A stretch of DNA of 54,336 nucleotides from an uncultured Clostridia bacterium (lineage in GTDB: Bacteria > Bacillota > Clostridia > TANB77 > CAG-508), in contig CALXWT010000004.1 in NCBI GenBank assembly GCA_944392445.1, forward strand, positions 1 through 54,336. Reading direction: 5' to 3'. Numbering within the stretch: position 1 is the stretch's first letter; every line of letters starts with the position of its first letter. Shown piece after piece: positions 40,484 to 49,141 of the stretch. The notes under the pieces are model-generated. The model made no database searches. It was not told where the DNA came from and saw nothing but the letters and a program-made list of their open reading frames with translations. The position numbers and the translations under genes were made by a program.

Positions 40484-42352
40484 TATTTAAAAACCTCCTC
40501 ATAAACTTTGTAGCAAAGATTAACAAATAAAAAAATTAATATAACATCAACAATAATAAAATAAATATTGTGAATAGTATTAACAATATCAATATTAAGA
40601 ATAGAATTAAAATTAAAATCAACACCATTAAAAAAAACAGTACCATCTAAGGGAGATTTTAATTCTGGTATAGTCAAAATAGGTTCATCATAATCTATAC
40701 TTGAAACTTCACTCATAAAATAATAAATGAGTTCAAAAGGATAAGTCAAAAAGCCAAAATGAAGTTTAGACCACGCAACCATTTTTGATGTAAAAATATC
40801 TATATTATCAATATTATCAGAAATAAACTGATTAATATCAACATCAATACTAGCAGTAGTATATTTATCAAGCTCAATATTATAAAATCTAAAATAATAA
40901 GTACCAGACATGACAACATCTTGATAAAAATAATAGATATCAATAGTAGAAGAACCTAAATCTTCAGATGTTTCACCTTCAGACCTACCACCACCAGACC
41001 AGCCACCACTAGGTCGTCCTAAATCTTCAATACGTCCACCACCAGACCAACCACCAGTATAATGTCCAGTAGTAAAAGTAAGAGTAGATTGGTAAGTATT
41101 ATATATTTGTTCAAAAGTCTCACCATCAGAAGAAAAATAACATTGAAGCATTATGTATTCATTAAAAATAAAAGGCTGTGTGCGTATTCTAACTGTAGTA
41201 GCATCAATATACTCTAGAAAAAGAACAGGAGTAGGGTCAAATTCTCCATTCTCATTATAATTATTATAAAAAACATCATCACCATACTGATTATCAATAC
41301 CTTTATTGGTTACATTAAAAGTTTGATAAGTAATTTCTTCAGTAGTAAGATTTTCAATTTTAAAAATATATGTACCATTAATTACAATTTCGAATTGTAA
41401 TTGAGTATAATTTTTTTGATTTTCCTCATCAGTTCCTTTTACAGAATACATAGTATATTCATAAGGACTATCTAAACCGATATGCAATTTCGATATTGTA
41501 ATTTTTTAAAAAATCTTGAGATGCATCATAATCACCTTCATAATAATATCTATTAGATAATACATAAAGAGGCTCTGTAGTTTGTTCTTCTGTAGATAAA
41601 TATAAATTTAAAGAACCAAAATCTTCATCAATTTCGGTACAATTAATAGTAAATGTATATTCTTCATCTTTTTCACTATCAACAATATTAATAGTATAAG
41701 TTCCATTCTCATAAATATCATAATAATAAACAAATTGTGTTTCATCAACATCATAATATTCCCAATTCAAACTATATACATTATCATTAGAATCCGTAAT
41801 TGTTGCAGTAATAAAACTAAATCTATCATAAGAAATAGAATTTGAACTTACTATCTGATAAAGATTTTGTTCCTCAATAAAATTTAAATCAAATCTAAAA
41901 GAGCCATTAAAGAAAATACTACCGTCTTCATTATAAATATTAATATCCGAATAAACCGTATTATAAATATTATTTCTTAAATTCATTCCTTGTATACCAT
42001 TTGGAATCATAGTTCTATTATATGTATAAGACCAATTAACCACTGTTGTAGTTTGAGGACTAGATAAATCATAATATGTAATATTTTCATTAGTAATATT
42101 TTTGAAATTAATAATAGAATCACCATCAAAAGTAGCCTCTACAGTATTTTTTGGAAAAGCAAAAGCACGAATCCAATTATCACCACTAACACCACGCCTA
42201 ACATAAATATCAAAAGAAGACTCATCAAAAGGAAAACTCAAATCATAAGTTTCATCACCAGATTTAAATGTAAGAGCGTCACATTCATTAAAATTAATTA
42301 AAAAAATAATAAATATAAAAAATACTAAAGTAAAGAAAAACTTTTTTAACAT
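40483..42352 (-). CDS. pIII-like adsorption protein, split into two overlapping ORFs (41468-42352, 40483-41487) by a +1 shift
   Basis: Signal peptide in the first ORF and TM anchor in the second; [NS]GTY repeats in both; Gly-rich linker; second ORF lacks an RBS. Confidence 0.7.
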
Positions 42353-42356
42353 AAAA

Positions 42357-42530
42357 CTACCCCTTTTTAAAAGTAATTTTTAAATAATTAAAAAGAAAGA
42401 TTACTACTAAAATAAGCAATAAAACTTGCATTAACAAATATATTTTATTAAAAGTATTTGTTAAATCTAATGTATTATCAACAACTATTTCATTAACTTC
42501 ATTTAAAGTTTCATCTAAAATATCATTCAT
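42357..42530 (-). CDS. Small minor-coat-like protein (57 aa), not in ORF track
   Basis: MNDILDETLNEVNEIVVDNTLDLTNTFNKIYLLMQVLLLILVVIFLFNYLKITFKKG; RBS AAAGGAGA; acidic N-terminus, one TM, basic C-terminus. Confidence 0.75.
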   Translation of the reverse strand: MNDILDETLNEVNEIVVDNTLDLTNTFNKIYLLMQVLLLILVVIFLFNYLKITFKKG

Positions 42531-42532
42531 AA

Positions 42533-42679
42533 TTAATCTCCTTTAAAATGTTTTGGAAAAGCAAGACTAAAAAAGAAAGTAATAAGAATATTAGCTAAAT
42601 ATAAAAATATAGCTATAGGCATAGCAGTTTTAATTAAGTCAATAAAAACATTAAAAACTTCAACATAATTTAATTCCAT
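42533..42679 (-). CDS. Small minor-coat-like protein (48 aa), not in ORF track
   Basis: MELNYVEVFNVFIDLIKTAMPIAIFLYLANILITFFFSLAFPKHFKGD; RBS AAAGGAGT. Confidence 0.75.
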   Translation of the reverse strand: MELNYVEVFNVFIDLIKTAMPIAIFLYLANILITFFFSLAFPKHFKGD

Positions 42680-42691
42680 ATTAATACTCCT

Positions 42692-43597
42692 TTACTTTAA
42701 AACTTCATTCTTTACAACAATATTATTTAAGTCATAAATATTATTTTGAGTAGTTCCTTTCCATTCTTTTCTATATCTCTTCATCTTTTTATAAGTATCA
42801 TAAGAATTATATAAATCAACAGAATGGAACCAGAAAACTCTTTTTACAGTGTTGAAACAAAGCTTTCCATTATCTTCATAAGCAGTCTCACCATCTACAA
42901 GTCTGTTATACTGTATAAATTTAAAGAAATTACGACAAATTACGACTTCTTTTATTTGTTCTCTAAGAGGTTTAGCCATTCTCATATAAACTTGTGATGT
43001 TCCTACAATATGTTTACGTTGCTTACGTTGTTGAGAAACTTCTACCATAACGTCAATTGGTATATTTTTACTTTCAAGAGAATTGAACTCAAGATGTATC
43101 TCATCAATTAAATAAAGAATACCTTCTTCGCCATTCTCAAGCTCTTTTAAACAGTTTATACCATTATACTCAATAACAATTCGACCAGAAAAGCCTATTA
43201 CTTCAAATTTTTCAATTTCAGCTTGTTGTTCTCCATCTAAATAAAAAGATTTTACTCTACGAACTAATTCATTACCTAAAAGTGTATAATATTCAACAAT
43301 ATGTTTTTCAATATTATTCTCTTTAACAGTAAAATCTTTATAGTAACAATTAATAGGATAATCACGTATTTCTACATTAGTACAAAAAATACAATTATAA
43401 TATTTGTCCAGGCATTTTTGAGAATACTGTACAGCAGAAAGTGTCTTCCCAGAACCTTGACTACCACAAAAAACCATAAGCCCATCAGGTACAAAATAAT
43501 TTGGGTGTTCTTTACCAAATTGAAGCCTATTTTTTATTACTTTAAAGAAATTGATAATATTTAAAGAACCTTTAAGTAATTCTGTATCAATAGCCAT
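42692..43597 (-). CDS. Zot/pI-family morphogenesis ATPase
   Basis: Walker A GSQGSGKT, Walker B LYLIDEIH, SQQRK..IVGTSQ..KPLRE. Confidence 0.88.
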   Translation of the reverse strand: MAIDTELLKGSLNIINFFKVIKNRLQFGKEHPNYFVPDGLMVFCGSQGSGKTLSAVQYSQKCLDKYYNCIFCTNVEIRDYPINCYYKDFTVKENNIEKHIVEYYTLLGNELVRRVKSFYLDGEQQAEIEKFEVIGFSGRIVIEYNGINCLKELENGEEGILYLIDEIHLEFNSLESKNIPIDVMVEVSQQRKQRKHIVGTSQVYMRMAKPLREQIKEVVICRNFFKFIQYNRLVDGETAYEDNGKLCFNTVKRVFWFHSVDLYNSYDTYKKMKRYRKEWKGTTQNNIYDLNNIVVKNEVLK

Positions 43598-43609
43598 ATT
43601 TATTCCTTC

Positions 43610-43747
43610 CTATAAAAACATTTTTAAAATTAAATATATAGCTAAACCATAAAGAATAATTTTAAAAATATTTTTAATAAAATAACTTAATTTCATAAGA
43701 AATCTAAAAATTTTCTTTAATAATTTTTTTAAAACAAAAAAACTCAT
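43610..43747 (-). CDS. Small basic membrane protein (45 aa), not in ORF track
   Basis: MSFFVLKKLLKKIFRFLMKLSYFIKNIFKIILYGLAIYLILKMFL; RBS GAGGT; stop sits beside the pI RBS. Confidence 0.6.
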   Translation of the reverse strand: MSFFVLKKLLKKIFRFLMKLSYFIKNIFKIILYGLAIYLILKMFL

Positions 43748-43774
43748 ATATTAAACCTCATAAAAGAGTGTCAG

Positions 43775-43839
43775 GGGGCACAATAGGATTCGAACCTATA
43801 TCACATTAATAAAAAGCTTTACCATTAAGCTATGTGCCC
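43775..43839 (-). ncRNA. tRNA-like element lacking an anticodon arm
   Basis: GGGCACA-TA-GCTT AATGGTA AAGC-16 nt-ATAGG TTCGAAT CCTAT-TGTGCCC-C. Confidence 0.8.
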
Positions 43840-43864
43840 ATAACTAAAAATAAAATTTTTAGAG

Positions 43865-43920
43865 GTTTCCTAATCGGAAACGCCAAAAGGTAAGGGAAAA
43901 AGACAAAAAGCCTTTTTCCC
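43865..43920 (-). terminator. Two hairpins downstream of the major coat gene
   Basis: GGGAAAAAG/CTTTTTCCC (43894-43920) and GTTTCC/GGAAAC (43865-43881); U tracts are weak. Confidence 0.5.
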
Positions 43921-43926
43921 ATATAA

Positions 43927-44118
43927 TTAGACTTTAAGTCTACCTCTCATAGCATTTTTTACAACGCTTATTAATTTTCTTATACCAAACCAAGTTAGAT
44001 ATAATGCAATACCACCAGCAAGGACTATACCTATGATAGTTGCAACATCTCCAGGAGATATAGATTCATTAAGAGTTGTACCAACAGTATTTAATGCATT
44101 AGTAATCTCTGCGTCCAT
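43927..44118 (-). CDS. Major coat protein (pVIII-like)
   Basis: 63 aa: acidic N-terminus, single TM (IIGIVLAGGIALYLTWFGI), basic C-terminus (RKLISVVKNAMRGRLKV); strong RBS GAAAGGAG. Confidence 0.8.
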   Translation of the reverse strand: MDAEITNALNTVGTTLNESISPGDVATIIGIVLAGGIALYLTWFGIRKLISVVKNAMRGRLKV

Positions 44119-44348
44119 AAAAAAACTCCTTTCTTTAAATTACATTTTATATAAATAGTACAAAAAGAATATAAAATATTGAAAAACCTCAATATTAAAA
44201 AGCTATATTACGCATTTTTTAAAGGGTGCTACACTCAAACGCCGTTAGGCTTGTCACTAAAACGTTTCGCCGTTTTATCACGATATAAATAGAAGGGCTA
44301 CGTAAGTAAAAGTGGTTTAAATAACAATTTATTTTAATTAACTACTTT

Positions 44349-44618
44349 TTAACGAATATCTATATCAATAAAATTAACATTCCATCTATCTTTGTTATAA
44401 TTTACTCCAAAAGTAATAACAACATCTTCTAATGCATTTAAATCTAATTCTAGAACTTTATTTTTATATTTACCAAAAATCATAAAAGAGCAAGGATTGT
44501 TATTACAATCTAATAAATTTAATTTTAAAAATGTTTTATCTTCTTCCTTTAATTCATCTGCATTTCTTCTCGCTATCTCTTGTATATTTAAAATTTTAAA
44601 ATTTGAACTATATTCCAT
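44349..44618 (-). CDS. ssDNA-binding protein (pV-like)
   Basis: 89 aa, beta-strand-rich pattern, first gene of the leftward phage operon. Call is by size and position. Confidence 0.6.
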   Translation of the reverse strand: MEYSSNFKILNIQEIARRNADELKEEDKTFLKLNLLDCNNNPCSFMIFGKYKNKVLELDLNALEDVVITFGVNYNKDRWNVNFIDIDIR

Positions 44619-44673
44619 ATTAAAAACATTCCTTTCTAATTAACTATAAGTAATATTCACAACATCTTTATTT

Positions 44674-44751
44674 ATACAATTATTTAGTTGTATTTTCAAA
44701 AACAGTATACAACTAATTTGTTGTATTGTCAATACAATTATTTAATTGTAT
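44674..44751. promoter_or_regulatory. Three repressor operators ATACAA-N8-TTGTAT and a leftward sigma-A promoter
   Basis: Operators at 44674-44693, 44707-44726, 44732-44751; minus-strand TTGACA (44727-44732)-17 bp-TATACT (44704-44709). Confidence 0.85.
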
Positions 44752-44778
44752 TGTAAAATTTTTATAGAGGTGATACAG

Positions 44779-45012
44779 TTGAGTAAAACTAGATTAAAAG
44801 ATTTAAGAGAAGATAAAGACTTGTATCAAAAAGATATAGCTAAAATATTAAATATAAAACAACAACAATATTCCAGATATGAAACAGATGAAACAGAAAT
44901 AAGTGTAACATTATTAAAAGAATTAGCTTTATTTTATAAAACAAGTACTGATTATATCTTAAAATTAACAGATGAAAATAAACCGTATCCACGAAAGAAA
45001 GGGGAAAAATAA
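44779..45012 (+). CDS. XRE-family HTH repressor
   Basis: RLKDLREDKDLYQKDIAKILNIKQQQYSRYE..STDYIL; probable TTG start at 44779 with GAGGTG RBS. Confidence 0.9.
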   Translation: MSKTRLKDLREDKDLYQKDIAKILNIKQQQYSRYETDETEISVTLLKELALFYKTSTDYILKLTDENKPYPRKKGEK

Positions 45013-45279
45013 ATGTACACAGATTTAAAAACATATCTAATGCATATACAAATGTTAGAAATAATAAATATAATAACTTATGGCTTAATAATAATAGTAC
45101 CATCATTAATAACCAAAATATATACAGATAATCTAAAATATACACTAATAGTATTTATTATATGTACAATAGTTGGATACTTAATATATGCAACAAATCA
45201 AATAAAAGCAGATAATCATAAATTACAAATAGATATGTATTTACAATTAAAAGAAATAAAAAAAGAAGGGAAAAACTGA
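45013..45279 (+). CDS. Two-TM prophage membrane protein
   Basis: ATG directly follows the repressor TAA; TGA lies inside attR. Confidence 0.7.
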   Translation: MYTDLKTYLMHIQMLEIINIITYGLIIIVPSLITKIYTDNLKYTLIVFIICTIVGYLIYATNQIKADNHKLQIDMYLQLKEIKKEGKN

Positions 45280-45334
45280 AAATCCCTGTGTCAGTGGTTC
45301 GATTCCACTTCAAGCCACCAAAAAAAGTACCTAA
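45275..45334 (+). repeat. attR core (3' half of tRNA-Phe)
   Basis: Identical to 37764-37823; followed by terminator arm AGGTACTATTTTTT. Confidence 0.95.
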
Positions 45335-45432
45335 CTTTTAGAGGTACTATTTTTTATGCTTATATTGAATTACATAATCTAGTATGCTATAATTTTTAAA
45401 GTTGTAGTTTATTAAAAAGGAGCACCTTTAAT

Positions 45433-46170
45433 ATGACAAGTTTTGTTTTAAAAATAATTGCACTTATAACCATGTTTATAGATCATTCCGGATATGTTTT
45501 TATGGGAGGTTTTAGTTTTTTTAACTATATTGGTAGAATTGCTTTTCCAATATTTGCTTTTCAAATTAGTGAGGGCTATAAACATACTAAAAACTTAAAA
45601 AAATATTTTCTTAGACTTGGTTTGTTTGCATTAATATCTCAAGTTCCGTTTTCTTTGTTCTCTCACAAATATCTTAGTGGAAATGTTTTAACCTTAAATG
45701 TGTTTTTTACTTTGTATTTGGGACTTTTATCAATATATTTGTATGATTATATTGTCGGATTATTTAAACACAAAACTATTGAGACTAATGATTCTATTGC
45801 CACTAAATCAAATACTGTGTTAACTAATATTGGTAGAATTATTGGAATATTTATAATGATACTGATTGCTTATATTGCCAAACTAATAAATGCTGATTAT
45901 GGTTTTTGGGGTGTGCTTGTTGTTTTTGTATTTTATATTTTTAATTCAAAGAAGTTGCTAATGACTATTGCATTTTTTATACTATGTATGGCAAAATATG
46001 CTATTCAATATATTAATAGTAATTTTTATTTTGCATATTTGATACTTGCCTTGTGTACATTCTTGCCAATAATTTTTATAACTGCTTATAATGGTAAGCA
46101 AGGTTCAAAAATAAAATATTTATTATATATTTTTTATCCACTACATTTACTTATTTTATATTTTTTATAG
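45433..46170 (+). CDS. TraX-family membrane protein (putative acyltransferase)
   Basis: LKIIALITMFIDH, IGRIAFPIFAF, ISQVPF, DYG, YNG, FYPLHL. Confidence 0.85.
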   Translation: MTSFVLKIIALITMFIDHSGYVFMGGFSFFNYIGRIAFPIFAFQISEGYKHTKNLKKYFLRLGLFALISQVPFSLFSHKYLSGNVLTLNVFFTLYLGLLSIYLYDYIVGLFKHKTIETNDSIATKSNTVLTNIGRIIGIFIMILIAYIAKLINADYGFWGVLVVFVFYIFNSKKLLMTIAFFILCMAKYAIQYINSNFYFAYLILALCTFLPIIFITAYNGKQGSKIKYLLYIFYPLHLLILYFL

Positions 46171-46324
46171 CAAATAAGTACCTATGGCCCTACATAGCAA
46201 TCAAAAATTGCAGTCTAAATACCCTAGAGCCTTGGTGTCTTCCAAAATTAAAGAGTACTCAAATTTAATATTTTGTACTCTTCAATTTTTTTATTATAAA
46301 TTATTTAAGTAGAACTTCGTTTTC

Positions 46325-47527
46325 TTACTTAGTTAATTCTTCTATAGCTCTTTGAAGTTGAGTATCATTTTCATCTGTTACTTCTTCTATATCGTCTGGT
46401 AATTCAACTGTAATGTTGGGTTCTATTCCAATTTCGTTTATCTTATTTCTATTTGGTGTGCAGTACTCTTCTGTTGTCATTTTTAATCCACTTCCGTCTG
46501 ATAATCTTAGTAACGTTTGTATAACTCCTTTTCCGAAAGTTGTAGTACCTATTATTGTTGCTTTTTCATAATCTTTAAGTGCTCCTGCAAATATTTCTGA
46601 AGCACTTGCCGAATTTTCATTAACCAATACTACTATTGGTATGTCTATAATTGGCTCTTCCTCAGATTCTATTGTTGTTTTCTCTCCATCTTTATTGGTT
46701 TCTATTAAAAGAGTACTCCCTTTGTCACAAATCATTTCTAGCATATCTATTGCTTCATCTACTACTCCTCCACCGTTTCCACGGATATCTATTATTAATG
46801 ATGTTGCACCTTGCTCTTTTAAGCTTTCGTAATTTTCCTTAAATTCGTTAGCTGTTCCTCCGTCAAAGTCTAGAACCTGTATATATGCTATATCATTTTC
46901 TAGCATTTTAGAATTTATATGACTTACTTCTATTCTTCTTCTTTCCACATCTAATTCTATGGTTTCTTCTCCACGCTCTATTCCTAGCCTTACTGTGGTT
47001 CCCTCTTCACCTTTTATTGCATTTGATAATTCAGTTATGTTATCTGCTGTTAATTTTTCTCCATTAACTGTAGTTATCATATCTCCAGCTTGCATACCAG
47101 CCTCTAATGCAGGCGACTCTTCCATAACATCTACTACTTCTATTGTTCCCTCTTCGTAGTTTACTATCATATATATTCCTATTCCGACATATTTTCCCAT
47201 TGCCGTATCATACTGTGCATCCATTTCCTCTTTTGTGTAATATACAGTATATTCATCGCCAACTCCAGCTACATACCCTTTTATAGCTGTTTCAAGCATC
47301 TGCTCATCATCTAGTTCTCCTATATATCCATGTTCCAATATTGTTCTAATATATGCTAGTGTTGTTTCAATTCCAGTAGTTCCATCTCCAACTGCAATAT
47401 TGCTTATGCTTGCAGATGAAGTTATTCTCTCGGTAACCACTATAGCAGTTACTAAAGTTGTTATTAAGGCAGTAATTATTATTAACATTACTGCCTTATA
47501 AATTCTTTGAGCTTTTTCACTATTCAT
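46325..47527 (-). CDS. S41 carboxyl-terminal processing protease (CtpA-like)
   Basis: PDZ GIGI..SPA, IDIRGNGGG, SASASEIFAGAL, TFGKG. Confidence 0.93.
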   Translation of the reverse strand: MNSEKAQRIYKAVMLIIITALITTLVTAIVVTERITSSASISNIAVGDGTTGIETTLAYIRTILEHGYIGELDDEQMLETAIKGYVAGVGDEYTVYYTKEEMDAQYDTAMGKYVGIGIYMIVNYEEGTIEVVDVMEESPALEAGMQAGDMITTVNGEKLTADNITELSNAIKGEEGTTVRLGIERGEETIELDVERRRIEVSHINSKMLENDIAYIQVLDFDGGTANEFKENYESLKEQGATSLIIDIRGNGGGVVDEAIDMLEMICDKGSTLLIETNKDGEKTTIESEEEPIIDIPIVVLVNENSASASEIFAGALKDYEKATIIGTTTFGKGVIQTLLRLSDGSGLKMTTEEYCTPNRNKINEIGIEPNITVELPDDIEEVTDENDTQLQRAIEELTK

Positions 47528-47628
47528 AAAAAAATCATATCCTTTCTATGTAGTCAATGTATATTTTATATTAATATATATGTTTTTCTAACTTTTTATA
47601 TGAGATTGCTATAAGCTAGCAATCTCAC

Positions 47629-47752
47629 TTTTTTATTGTATAGGAAAAATCGATGTTTTCTTTGCTATTTCAGTATTTTTAACGATTTTTGCTATACAAC
47701 AAGTTTAGTTTTCCTTAGGCTGTGCATATTCGTGAAACGAAATACACATGTG
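47629..47752. repeat. Dispersed structured repeat, family B copy 2
   Basis: Matches 6311-6404 with a longer hairpin loop; follows hairpin 47601-47627. Confidence 0.75.
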
Positions 47753-47810
47753 TGCGTCGAAAACTTGCTTTCGCTAACGCACACCTTTCTTATTATATTT
47801 ACTTATGAGT

Positions 47811-49007
47811 TTATGTAGTAGGTGCTTTCACGAATTGCCATGGATTAGTACACGTTCCATTTACTCTTACTTCAAAATGTAAGTGTGGTCCTGTAGAATT
47901 TCCAGTTGAACCAACCTCCATTATTACATCTCCTTGCTTAACTTGTGTATTTACTGAGGTTAAAATTTTATTTCCGTGTCCGTATAATGTAACCACTCCA
48001 TCTCCATGGTTTACCATTACACAGTTTCCATAGCCACCGAGCCATCCTGCATAAGTAACTATTCCATCTGCTGCTGCTACAACTGGTGTTCCTGTAGGTG
48101 TATTACCAATGTCTATTCCTGTATGTTCTCTTACCACTCCTTGTATAGGGTGTTCCCTCACGCCATAATCAGAAGTTACTGCCGTTCCACTAATTGCAAC
48201 TGGCCAAAGCATTTCTCCTCCTGTATATTGTATATCTGGATCAATTACACTTGTTGCTAACAATATTTGTCGTTGTATTTCTGCTTGTTCATTTTTATAT
48301 TCAGTTAATTGTTCTTGTAACTCTTTTTCTTCTTCTGATAATTGACTTACATAACTTTCCAATAGTGTCTGCATATTACTTAAAACTATTGTGGTTTGTT
48401 CACTTTTAGCTTTAAGAATTTGAATTTCTGATTGCTCATTCTCAAGCTTTTGCTTTGTAGTCTCTATATTGTCCTTTTCTTCTTCTATTTGATTTATCAA
48501 TACTCCATCATATTCTGCTATCTCTTGAATCATATATGACCTAGATATAAAGTCTGTTATACTTCTAGATTTTAGCAAAATATCTAAATATTGAGTATCT
48601 CCTGCCTCATATATTGCGACCAATCTTTTGGCAAGTAAATCACTCTTTTCTTCATAGTTTTGTGAGGCAATCTGTAATTTTTGTGTTGCTTCGTCTATTG
48701 AAGTTTGTAAAGTTTGCATTTTATTTCCAAGTTCTTGAACCTCGTTTTGATATTGCATTATTTTATCTTCTGTTTCTTGTACTCTTAACATTGTATCTGA
48801 TAATTCATCTTGAACATATTCAAGTTCAGTATTTGCTTCATCTATTTTGTTTTCAACTTCTTCTTGCTGTTTTTTTAGTTCATCTGTTATACTATTTGTT
48901 ACTTCGTTTGTAACTTCATTTGTTAAAGAATTATCGGCAAATACAAAAGTACAAAAATATTGTAATATTAAAATTATCAATATAATAGAAATTATCTTCT
49001 TTTTCAT
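47811..49007 (-). CDS. Coiled-coil M23 peptidase (EnvC-like)
   Basis: Signal peptide, long coiled coil, HTGID and HLH. Confidence 0.9.
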   Translation of the reverse strand: MKKKIISIILIILILQYFCTFVFADNSLTNEVTNEVTNSITDELKKQQEEVENKIDEANTELEYVQDELSDTMLRVQETEDKIMQYQNEVQELGNKMQTLQTSIDEATQKLQIASQNYEEKSDLLAKRLVAIYEAGDTQYLDILLKSRSITDFISRSYMIQEIAEYDGVLINQIEEEKDNIETTKQKLENEQSEIQILKAKSEQTTIVLSNMQTLLESYVSQLSEEEKELQEQLTEYKNEQAEIQRQILLATSVIDPDIQYTGGEMLWPVAISGTAVTSDYGVREHPIQGVVREHTGIDIGNTPTGTPVVAAADGIVTYAGWLGGYGNCVMVNHGDGVVTLYGHGNKILTSVNTQVKQGDVIMEVGSTGNSTGPHLHFEVRVNGTCTNPWQFVKAPTT

Positions 49008-49081
49008 ATTTGCTAATTATCCTTTTCTCTTAAATTTAGATTTTTAAGGAATATCTATAAACCTATATTCTTACTTTTGAA

Positions 49082-49140
49082 AGACCTGTCCCAAAAGATG
49101 ACAGACTTGTCCCATTTAGACCTGTCCCCATACATGACAT
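49082..49140. repeat. REP-like family C, two units
   Basis: AGACCTGTCCC..ATGACA twice. Confidence 0.75.
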
Positions 49141-49141
49141 T

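Larger units (their letters stand above)
37764..45334. mobile_element. Integrated filamentous (inovirus-type) prophage, 7511 bp between att cores
   Basis: 60-bp direct repeats; integrase, rolling-circle Rep, Zot/pI ATPase, major-coat-like and minor-coat-like genes, XRE repressor. Confidence 0.92.

Noticed and set aside
42692-43597. Zonula occludens toxin as a virulence factor
   Set aside because: Only the ATPase domain is present, in a morphogenesis context; no C-terminal toxin region.
43775-43839. Functional decoding tRNA carried by the phage
   Set aside because: No anticodon stem-loop can form in the 16-nt linker; reported as a tRNA-like element instead.
45275-45320. Second tRNA-Phe gene
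   Set aside because: Only the 3' half from the anticodon loop is present; it is the attR duplication.
45433-46170. TraX as evidence of a conjugative element
   Set aside because: It lies outside attR, no relaxase or T4SS genes are nearby, and TraX-family genes are common stand-alone chromosomal genes.
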